Source: Candidatus Eiseniibacteriota bacterium (GTDB lineage: Bacteria; Eisenbacteria; RBG-16-71-46; JABDJR01; JAWXBZ01). Taken from it: a stretch of DNA of 18,824 bases. The DNA is taken from NCBI GenBank assembly GCA_034440375.1, contig JAWXBZ010000038.1, forward strand, positions 1-18,824, in the 5' to 3' direction. Each line of letters begins with the position of its first letter. Position 1 is the first letter of the stretch. A program made the translations under genes and the position numbers. Below, one piece after another: positions 11,534 to 18,824 of the stretch. A model generated the notes under the pieces. It made no database searches. It saw only the letters and a list, made by a program, of their open reading frames with translations, and was not told the DNA's origin.

Positions 11534-13636
11534 ATGATCTTCGTTCGTCCATTCCTTCCGGCCCGTGTCGGCCGGCCCGGCTTTTTACAGGCGCTGGCCG
11601 CTGCGGCGGTGGCCATGACTCTTCTCTTGGCCGTGCCCGCGGGCCCGCTGTCGATCGGCCCGGGCGCGGCCATGGCCGGCTACGCCGACCCCCCGGCCAT
11701 TCCGAAGACGCCTGAAGACGTGACGGCCATGGCGCGCAACCAGCTGGCCCAGGCCCAGATGAGCCTGGATCAGATCCTGGCCGTGTCGGGGAAGCGGACG
11801 ATCGAAAACACGCTCGTTCCATACAACGAGATGGGGATTGCGCTGGACCTGGCGGGCGCGATGTCGAGCCTCATGGAAAACGTCCACCCGGACGAAGCGG
11901 TGCGAACCGCGGCGGAGGCCTCGAGCCAGGAAATCAGCAAGTTTGTCACCGGGCTGGGCCTGAATCGGGCCTTCTTTGACGCCATGTCGTCCGTCGACCT
12001 GGGAAAGGCCGATGACGCGACCAAATTCATGATGGAGGAGACACTCCGCAATTTCCGGCGCGCCGGCGTCGACAAGGACGAGTCCACCCGCAAACACATC
12101 GAGGGGCTCAACGAGGAGCTGGTCAAGATCGGCCAGGAATTTGATCGAAACATCCGCGAGGACAAGCTGTCGATCACGCTCGATTCGGCGGACGAACTCG
12201 ACGGCCTCCCCGCCGACTACATTGCAGCGCACAAGCCGGGCGAGAGCGGCAAGATCACCATCACCACCGACTATCCGGACTATTTTCCAGTGATTACCTA
12301 CGCTAAGAACGAGGCCGTGCGCCAGAAGCTGTACCGGGAGTTCATGAAGCGTGGCAATCCCAAGAACCTCGAGACGCTGAACAACCTGATCAACAAGCGT
12401 CACGAACTGGCCACCACGCTGGGCTACGCGAACTGGGCCGACTACATGACCGAAGACAAGATGATCGGCTCGACGGAAAACGCCCAGGCCTTCATCGAGA
12501 AGATCACGACGGCTGCCACGCCGCGCTCCCAGCAGGAATACCAGGAGATGCTGGGCGTCAAGAAGCGCTTCGACGAGACGGCCACGGAAGTGGCCGACTA
12601 CGACAAGTTCTTCCTTTCCGAGATCCTGAAGCGCGAGAAGTACAACTTCGACAGCCAGGCCGCTCGGGCCTACTTCGATTTCCCGATCGTACAGGACGGC
12701 ATCCTGAACCTGGTCTCAACGCTCTGGGGTGTCGAGTTCCGCAAGGTCGACAATGCCCCGACCTGGCATGCCGAGGTCGAGGTGTTTGACGTGTACGAAG
12801 GGCCGACACTTCGCGGCCGGATCTACCTTGATCTGCACCCGCGCGATGGCAAATACGGGCATGCGGCCCAGTTCACGATGCGCAACGGGGTCAAGGACAT
12901 CCAGTCACCGATCGGCGTGCTGGTCTGCAACTTCCCCGGCGGCAAGGACCTCATGCCTGGCGAGGGGCTCATGGGTCACGACGAGTTCGAGACCTTCCTC
13001 CACGAGTTCGGACACCTGATGCACCATGTCTTTGGCGGCAACCAGCGCTGGATCGACCAGGCCGGCGTGTCGACCGAGTGGGATTTCGTGGAGGCGCCTT
13101 CGCAGTTTTTGGAGGAGTGGGCCCTCAATCCGGAAACACTTCAGGGACTGGCCCGGCACTACGAGACCGGCCAGCCGATTCCTGCCGAAATGATTGACCG
13201 CCTGCGGGCTGCCCGTGATTTCGGCGAGTACGGCAAGGGACTGATGGCTCGTCACCAGATGTTCTATGCGGGCCTCTCGCTCAACCTGTACAACCGCGAC
13301 CCGGCGACGATCGGAAACTCCTCGGATTTCGTGAAGGAAATCCAGGATCGCTACTCGGCCTTTCAGAAAGTCCCGGGAACCACCATGCAGACCGGTTTCG
13401 GCCATCTGAATGGATACTCGGCGATTTACTACACCTACATGTGGTCACAGGTGATTGCCAAGGACCTGTTCAGCAAGTTCGATGAGAAGAACCTGCTGGA
13501 TCCGAAGATGGCCACCGCGTACCGCAAGGCTGTCCTCGATGCCGGCGGCACCAAGCCCGCGGCCCAGCTCGTCAAGGATTTCCTCGGACGGGATTTCAGT
13601 TTCGAGAGCTACGAGAAGTGGCTGAACGCAAACTAA
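11534..13636 (+). CDS. M3A-family zinc oligopeptidase (thimet oligopeptidase-like) with signal peptide, 700 aa
   Basis: GGAGG then ATG at 11534. Hydrophobic signal-like N-terminus ending in [25 protein letters not shown] (HExxH), [31 protein letters not shown]. Confidence 0.93.
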   Translation: MIFVRPFLPARVGRPGFLQALAAAAVAMTLLLAVPAGPLSIGPGAAMAGYADPPAIPKTPEDVTAMARNQLAQAQMSLDQILAVSGKRTIENTLVPYNEMGIALDLAGAMSSLMENVHPDEAVRTAAEASSQEISKFVTGLGLNRAFFDAMSSVDLGKADDATKFMMEETLRNFRRAGVDKDESTRKHIEGLNEELVKIGQEFDRNIREDKLSITLDSADELDGLPADYIAAHKPGESGKITITTDYPDYFPVITYAKNEAVRQKLYREFMKRGNPKNLETLNNLINKRHELATTLGYANWADYMTEDKMIGSTENAQAFIEKITTAATPRSQQEYQEMLGVKKRFDETATEVADYDKFFLSEILKREKYNFDSQAARAYFDFPIVQDGILNLVSTLWGVEFRKVDNAPTWHAEVEVFDVYEGPTLRGRIYLDLHPRDGKYGHAAQFTMRNGVKDIQSPIGVLVCNFPGGKDLMPGEGLMGHDEFETFLHEFGHLMHHVFGGNQRWIDQAGVSTEWDFVEAPSQFLEEWALNPETLQGLARHYETGQPIPAEMIDRLRAARDFGEYGKGLMARHQMFYAGLSLNLYNRDPATIGNSSDFVKEIQDRYSAFQKVPGTTMQTGFGHLNGYSAIYYTYMWSQVIAKDLFSKFDEKNLLDPKMATAYRKAVLDAGGTKPAAQLVKDFLGRDFSFESYEKWLNAN

Positions 13637-13637
13637 T

Positions 13638-13671
13638 GTAGCTCCGGCTAATCGTTTTGCGATTAGCCGGA
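13638..13671 (+). repeat. GTAG-led perfect palindrome (REP-like element)
   Basis: GTAG (13638-13641), then TCCGGCTAATCG-ttttg-CGATTAGCCGGA, a 12-bp perfect stem directly after the M3 stop. Confidence 0.5.
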
Positions 13672-13683
13672 AACGCCAAAGTT

Positions 13684-13723
13684 AAAGGGGGGACCGGCGC
13701 CGCGGCGTCGGTCCCTTGGTTTT
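13684..13723. terminator. Probable bidirectional intrinsic terminator between convergent genes
   Basis: GGGACCGGCGC-cgcg-GCGTCGGTCCC 11-bp stem (one G-U pair), with an A-run to the left and TTGGTTTT to the right. Confidence 0.6.
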
Positions 13724-13759
13724 CTGCGTCATGCATCCGGGCCAACTTCGCGCCACCCC

Positions 13760-14473
13760 CTACGGTTCGACCAGAAACCTCACCAACCCCCTCTTCAACT
13801 TCCCCGAAATTGGCTCCACCCCCAACCATGCGTGCCAGATTCCCCGGGCAATGTCCGGCCGGGTGATCGCCGGATGCGCCACGCCGGCCACTGTCGTATA
13901 CAGCCCTTCGCCGGGTAGATAGGTCAGCTCGATCGTCTGGCCCGAGCGGATGCCGCCGGCCATCCAGCTCTGGAAGAGATCAAGATCGTCGGCCAGTTCC
14001 GGGCCGGGTTTCCCCTTCCAGACAAGGTCAAACCCGTCGCGCATTCCCTCTTTCAGCCTGTTGCCATCCACGTCGCGCCGGAACGAGAGGACGAGACGCC
14101 GGGGAATGTCAGCGGAGGCGATCGTGCTGACTGGCACCCGGCCCAGAGGAGCCAGGGCATCCACGTAAAGCGCGGCGGCATAAACCGTCACCATGAGTTT
14201 CCGGCGCGCCCCCGAGCCGGTTGCGATCATGTGGCGTGTTTCACCGGCACTCGTCGTCACGCGGAGCGCACGGGGGAAAACGACGCTGGTCGACGGGTCT
14301 ACGAAGGTCTCGGGCTCCGGCCGTATTCGGGAGGCATCGAGAACCGGTCCATTGCACGTGTCATCCAGCAGATAGGTTGGATCGTCAGGCAACGCCCGAT
14401 CGTGCTGCGCTCCTGCCGGCACCGCCGTCGTGGCGAGGAACAGTGACGCGGCCAAAACCAGTCGTTTCATCAT
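13760..14473 (-). CDS. Chalcone-isomerase-like fold protein with signal peptide (Chalcone_3-like), 237 aa
   Basis: Signal MMKRLVLAASLFLATTAVPAGA. GSGARRKLMVTVYAAALYV, LSFRRDVD, and C-terminal IW..WLG.EP.S..LK..L, typical of bacterial CHI-like proteins. Confidence 0.85.
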   Translation of the reverse strand: MMKRLVLAASLFLATTAVPAGAQHDRALPDDPTYLLDDTCNGPVLDASRIRPEPETFVDPSTSVVFPRALRVTTSAGETRHMIATGSGARRKLMVTVYAAALYVDALAPLGRVPVSTIASADIPRRLVLSFRRDVDGNRLKEGMRDGFDLVWKGKPGPELADDLDLFQSWMAGGIRSGQTIELTYLPGEGLYTTVAGVAHPAITRPDIARGIWHAWLGVEPISGKLKRGLVRFLVEP

Positions 14474-14476
14474 CGA

Positions 14477-14869
14477 TCACTCGGAGTGACGGCGGCCAAG
14501 GGCAATGGCCAGGTTGAGCCAGCCGAGGAGCAGGAGGCCCCCCCCAACCGGCGTCACGGCCCCCAGCCACCGCTGCCCCGTCAGCGCCAGTGCGTATAGC
14601 GTGCCGCTGAAGATCAGGGTGCCAAGCGCGAATGCAAGACCGCTCCGTCGGGCCGGGGCCTCCCCAATCAGGCCCGACGTCGCGAGGCCAAGGGCCATGA
14701 GGGCGAGCGCGTGGTACATCTGGTAACGAACGCCGGTTTCGAAAACGGCCAGAAGGTCCGGCGGCAGCCGGGCCTTCAAGGCATGGGCGCCGAAGGCACC
14801 CAGGCCCACCCCAAGAAATCCCAGGACCGAGCCGAGCTGGAGCCAGCGTTGACCGGCGGCGGCGCTCAT
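14477..14869 (-). CDS. DUF423 (YgdD/TMEM256-like) small membrane protein, 130 aa
   Basis: LGAFGAHAL, FETGVRYQMYHALAL, GTLIFSGTLYALAL, WLGAVTPVGG. Its ATG overlaps the upstream TAA (TAATG). Confidence 0.93.
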   Translation of the reverse strand: MSAAAGQRWLQLGSVLGFLGVGLGAFGAHALKARLPPDLLAVFETGVRYQMYHALALMALGLATSGLIGEAPARRSGLAFALGTLIFSGTLYALALTGQRWLGAVTPVGGGLLLLGWLNLAIALGRRHSE

Positions 14870-17805
14870 TACCGGTCCAACCGGATCGGCCAGACGCCTC
14901 GCGTCTTCTTATGGGTATCGTCCTTGAAAAGGATCTCACCATAGTTGAACGCGCCGTCCGGCGCCTCACGCGGCAGCACCGGCATGGTCAGTACCAGTTC
15001 AGTGGCCACCCCCGGGTACAGTGTCAGCGTCTCGGAATCACCCGCCTTGACCTTGATCGATTCGCGATCACGGCGGCGATAGGACTCGACGAGTCGGAAC
15101 GACCAGTCGTCGGCCGACTTGTCGTGAACGAAGCCCGGCCAGAGCTGGAGTCGGTACGAAACCGGTTCTCCACCCCCCCGGTTGGGATTGCTGACGGTCA
15201 GGGTGCCCTTGCGCGTGTCAAAGGCCGCACGGTTCTGCGGAATGCCATCCTTGTCGAGCACGCTGATGACGATGTCGCTGACCCGCGCGTACAGAGCCGG
15301 CGACACGTCCATCTCGAACGTGATCTGTTCGATGTCAGACGGGAGCGTGACCGGCATTTCCCAGATGTCCTTCCCGGTGACGTCAATTGTCCGCTCGCGG
15401 CGCCAGCCGAGAATCGTCCCCTCGGCGCGCCCCTCGAACGGACGGTTGCCGACGTTCGTCACGGAGGCGGTCAGCCGGGCCGGTTCCGCCGGAGGCATCT
15501 CGAATCGGTGGACCGTATCGGGCCGGCAGTCGAGGCTGGTGAGTCGGGCCTCCAGATGAAAGGCGGCATCGCGTCGATTGGCGGTACTGGCCCCTACGAC
15601 GGCTTCCCATGTGCCGGGACGCAGGTCATCTCCGGTGATCAGTTGTTCATGCCGCGTGCCGGTCGCCGGATCGGACCACCCGGCAAAAGTTCCGTGCGCG
15701 TGACCTTCGGGGTCGAACAGGACGACGCGAACGAGGCCATCCGAGCCGCGCGGCGCCTCCGCCGACAGGTCGAGGGCCGAGGCCCCCGGCGGCACCTCGA
15801 TGAAGAACCGTCGGATGCCGCCCGGCTCGAGCCCGGTGCCGCTCCATTCGCGGGTGCCGTCCGTGCCCTCGAAGCGCCACGGGATGACGACGCTGTTCCA
15901 GACCTCGAAATCAGCCAGCCGCTGGCCACCCATGCCGCGGGCGTATCCGCGAACGCGCCCGACATGAAGGCCGGGGGTGGCGAGGGCGGCCGGATCGTAT
16001 TCGAGGTCGAAGCTATTCGTGCCATCCCCCTTGAGATGTATCGATTTCCGGTCGAGATGAATCCAGGCCACATCCGCCTCCAGATCGAAGTCCTGGAACT
16101 GGGCCGCCCGGGCATCCGGCGCGATCGAGTCGGCGAAGATCGGCGTCAACGTGACGGTCACTTCGCGCGGCGGCGCGGGATACCAGCCGTTGCCGCGCCA
16201 GAAGGCGGCCGGCCCCTTTCCCGAGGCGAAGAAGGGATTGGTTACCTCGACCTTCGTGGTGAGCCGTGATCCACGGGCGCGCGGTGCCAGGTCCTTGAGT
16301 GCCTCCCATGCCGGGGCGAGCTGTACGAGGCCGCTGCCCTGATCGAGCAGGGTAAAGCCCGCCAGCGGCCGGGCGGTCCCGGCGATCGCCTGGCGCACGG
16401 TGGCAAATGTCCATGGTACGTGGCTCTGAATGGCGGCCGAAAGGAGGAGGGCCGCCGCGCCGGCGACATGCGGACTGGCCATGCTGGTGCCATTTTTCAC
16501 TTCACCGCCATCGAAGGCCGGAACGGTCGAGAGGACCGTTCCCGGGGCGATGACCGTCGGCTTGGGCACCTCTCCCCCGCGGGACGAGCCGAAGTTCAGC
16601 AGGTCGCGCCGCACTCCCTGCCCACTGATGGCGGGGCCGGCCTCGTCGGAGATCATGTTGCCCACCGAAATCGCAAACATCGAGGTGCCCGGCGTGCCGG
16701 TGGTCGACAGCCCCGGTCCGTTGTTGCCGTTTGACGTCACGAAGACCACCCGCGGGTGCTTCAGCAATTCGTCGTCCACCAGTTTGTCGATATCCGACAG
16801 CCCTTCACGATCGGCCTCGATCCCGTAGGACATGTTGAATACGAGCGGCCACCCCCGCCGCTCGGCCCATTCGATCGCCCATTCGACGGCCTTTTTCACG
16901 CTCTCCTTCGTGGTGGCGCCGCCCGAGAGGGCGTTATTGCCGATCTTGAGGCTCAGCAGGCGGGCGCCCGGCGCCACCCCGTCCAGGCCGTTCTCCCCGC
17001 CGATGCGGTGGCCCGCTGCGATGCCGGCCACATGCGTGCCGTGACCGTTGTCGGCCAGGTGGATCTCCACGATCCTGTCGGCCGGCCGAATGGTGAGGCC
17101 TCCGTTGATCGAATGGAGTTTCTCCTTGTCGCTCGAGGAGCGGAAGAGGACGATCTGGCCGGACACGCCGTAGCTCCGGATGGGTGACTCGTCGTCGAGT
17201 TCCCCGTCGCCGTCCAGGTCGACCAGCGCCACCCAATCCGAATCGGCGGCGGCAACCCTGGGTGCAAAGGCCAGGATCGCGAACCGGTCGTCCTGGCGGC
17301 CGTTGTTGTTCAGATCCTTGACGCCCGAGAAGCGCCAATCCTTCTCCTCGAGAAATCCGAGCCAGTAGATGGAGTCGGGGCTGGTGATGGCGAGGTGATC
17401 GACGCCGTACACGACGCGGTCCTTCGTGTCTTCGAGGACCGGCCGACCATCGCGCGTGGCGAACGTGGCGCGCGTCAACTTCACATCTCCCTGGCCGCTG
17501 AAATCCCGGGCATCGAGAATCTTGCGTCCGCCGCCCGGCAACTGGTCAAGGCCCGCAACACCCAGGTCGACGCCCGAATCGAGGATGCCGATGACAACCC
17601 CCTCACCATTCCATTCGGGATGAGCGCGGCGGAAGGAAACGGCGCCGATCTCCTCGACCGGCAGGACAGTGAACGTGGGTGGATCGAGGACCGGTGCCGC
17701 TGCGTGTACCGCCCCCGGGACGATCAGCGCGGTGAGGATGGCGAGGAACCGGAGCGGTGAACGGCAGGCGGACGTGGAGCGGCGGCGGAGGGACGTGTCA
17801 TCCAT
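14869..17805 (-). CDS. S8 subtilase, tripeptidyl-peptidase II-like, with signal peptide, 978 aa
   Basis: Catalytic triad ILD76SGVD, H255GTHVAG, GTS441MASPH and oxyanion GNNGP. Long Asp-His insert. Signal ..LAILTALIVPGAVHA. C-terminal beta-rich domains. Confidence 0.92.
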   Translation of the reverse strand: MDDTSLRRRSTSACRSPLRFLAILTALIVPGAVHAAAPVLDPPTFTVLPVEEIGAVSFRRAHPEWNGEGVVIGILDSGVDLGVAGLDQLPGGGRKILDARDFSGQGDVKLTRATFATRDGRPVLEDTKDRVVYGVDHLAITSPDSIYWLGFLEEKDWRFSGVKDLNNNGRQDDRFAILAFAPRVAAADSDWVALVDLDGDGELDDESPIRSYGVSGQIVLFRSSSDKEKLHSINGGLTIRPADRIVEIHLADNGHGTHVAGIAAGHRIGGENGLDGVAPGARLLSLKIGNNALSGGATTKESVKKAVEWAIEWAERRGWPLVFNMSYGIEADREGLSDIDKLVDDELLKHPRVVFVTSNGNNGPGLSTTGTPGTSMFAISVGNMISDEAGPAISGQGVRRDLLNFGSSRGGEVPKPTVIAPGTVLSTVPAFDGGEVKNGTSMASPHVAGAAALLLSAAIQSHVPWTFATVRQAIAGTARPLAGFTLLDQGSGLVQLAPAWEALKDLAPRARGSRLTTKVEVTNPFFASGKGPAAFWRGNGWYPAPPREVTVTLTPIFADSIAPDARAAQFQDFDLEADVAWIHLDRKSIHLKGDGTNSFDLEYDPAALATPGLHVGRVRGYARGMGGQRLADFEVWNSVVIPWRFEGTDGTREWSGTGLEPGGIRRFFIEVPPGASALDLSAEAPRGSDGLVRVVLFDPEGHAHGTFAGWSDPATGTRHEQLITGDDLRPGTWEAVVGASTANRRDAAFHLEARLTSLDCRPDTVHRFEMPPAEPARLTASVTNVGNRPFEGRAEGTILGWRRERTIDVTGKDIWEMPVTLPSDIEQITFEMDVSPALYARVSDIVISVLDKDGIPQNRAAFDTRKGTLTVSNPNRGGGEPVSYRLQLWPGFVHDKSADDWSFRLVESYRRRDRESIKVKAGDSETLTLYPGVATELVLTMPVLPREAPDGAFNYGEILFKDDTHKKTRGVWPIRLDR

Positions 17806-17847
17806 CCGGGAACGATGCCCGAATGGCCGCCCGATTTCCAGCCGGGG

Positions 17848-18822
17848 CTAGCGGCGGAGCGATATCCCCAGGAAGAGGACCAGGTCCTCCGGACTGTCGG
17901 TGAGCCCGATGTTGACCCCCGCGTCCAGCTGGACGTCGGGACTTGCGGCCAGGGTAAGGCCGGTGTCCAGCTGGGTCTGAATTTCACCCGTCCGGGTCGT
18001 CGAAACAACCGTGACGAGCTCCAGGAATGCGCCGAGAGTGGCCGTCAGGTCGCGGCCGATAACGGCGGAACTGACGATGTCGAAGGATCGATCCTCGCTG
18101 TCGGACACCCAGTCGGCCTCGAGCATCAGGCCGAGGCCCCAGCTGGATGAGAGCTCGACACTGAACGGGACAATCAACCCGGCCGACACCTCCTCCACGC
18201 CGAGGCCATCACCCGCCGTGGGGAGCGTGACGAAGGGCATGAGGGCCAGCGCCGTCTTCCCATCGTCATTTCCCCAGGCGTTCCACTTGAAGCGAACGGT
18301 GATATCGCCAATGCCGCTCCTCACGGCGCCGGGAAAGGAGGGACCGGACAGTGATTCACGGAGAAAGACCGGCACGACGAGCTGTAGATCGGTACGATCG
18401 GTCAGGCCGGCTTTCAGATTGAGATTGGCAAGGCCGATCGTCTCGCGGGTCAGGTCGGCCTCCTTGTCGGTTGACCAGGAGACGACGTCCGCCTCCAGTT
18501 GAAAGTGACCGGCGTCGACCGTGTGCGGGCTCTCGGTGATGTCGGGACGGTCGGTGCTCAGCTCGCGCATCGCCTCGCGGGGACGCGGGTGGAATAGATT
18601 GGTGGCGGCCGCCGGATGCGGGAAGGCCAGGAGCACGAGGGCCGCCACCGGCGCCAGCTTGAGCGCCCGACGACGGGCCAGAATGCCATGCCGCGGCCCG
18701 AAGACGAGGGCCAGCGCGTACAGCACGCCGGCCACCACCCCCATCGAACCGGCGATCGAGGCATTGAGCGCCGTGGCCAGTACGTAACCCAGTGCCGAGG
18801 AGAGGACGCCGAATCCGGCGGC
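17848..18822 (-). CDS. 5'-partial ORF: C-terminus of a Mn/Zn/Fe ABC permease (ABC-3, MntD/TroD-like) fused in frame to a COG4313 / MetA-pathway-type outer-membrane beta-barrel
   Basis: Frame is open from the window edge: AAGFGVLSSALGYVLATALNASIAGSMGVVAGVLYALALVFGPRHGILARRR (permease tail), then ALKLAPVAALVLLAFPHPAAA, then TNLFHP.PRE.MRELSTDRPDITESPHTVDAGHFQLE...GIGDITVRFKWN..ALALMPFVTLPT...QLDAGVNIGL (barrel). Confidence 0.8.
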   Translation of the reverse strand, partial: AAGFGVLSSALGYVLATALNASIAGSMGVVAGVLYALALVFGPRHGILARRRALKLAPVAALVLLAFPHPAAATNLFHPRPREAMRELSTDRPDITESPHTVDAGHFQLEADVVSWSTDKEADLTRETIGLANLNLKAGLTDRTDLQLVVPVFLRESLSGPSFPGAVRSGIGDITVRFKWNAWGNDDGKTALALMPFVTLPTAGDGLGVEEVSAGLIVPFSVELSSSWGLGLMLEADWVSDSEDRSFDIVSSAVIGRDLTATLGAFLELVTVVSTTRTGEIQTQLDTGLTLAASPDVQLDAGVNIGLTDSPEDLVLFLGISLRR

Positions 18823-18824
18823 CA

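Noticed and set aside
11293-11673. 127-aa N-terminal extension of MetH in the ORF track
   Set aside because: Overlaps the predicted promoter and the divergent M3 gene; a GTG start at 11292 gives a normal MetH length.
14911-16269. 452-aa plus-strand ORF
   Set aside because: Antisense to the S8 protease; no motif support.
18658-18675. RRRALK as a Tat signal
   Set aside because: Basic tails are normal at the end of ABC-3 permeases, and outer-membrane barrels are exported unfolded by Sec.

Overview
A high-GC (roughly 65% by eye) chromosomal window from a diderm bacterium. From left to right: the orphan 3' end of an ABC-2-type permease; a renalase-family FAD oxidoreductase; a fused alpha+beta 2-oxoacid dehydrogenase E1; a two-gene cell-surface operon (small outer-membrane beta-barrel plus a DNRLRE-domain protein); a chimeric IS256/IS1182 transposase remnant fused in frame; an intact cobalamin-dependent methionine synthase (metH); and an exported M3 oligopeptidase. 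The right third is a tight minus-strand operon: metal-ABC permease/outer-membrane barrel fusion, exported tripeptidyl-peptidase-II-like S8 protease, DUF423 protein, exported chalcone-isomerase-fold protein. The most striking feature is at the right edge. The C-terminus of a Mn/Zn/Fe ABC inner-membrane permease runs without a stop codon, through an internal signal-peptide-like segment, into a COG4313-type outer-membrane barrel, making it a candidate cleaved inner/outer-membrane polyprotein. No rRNA, tRNA or CRISPR array was seen. All family calls come from motif recognition by eye, not from database searches.
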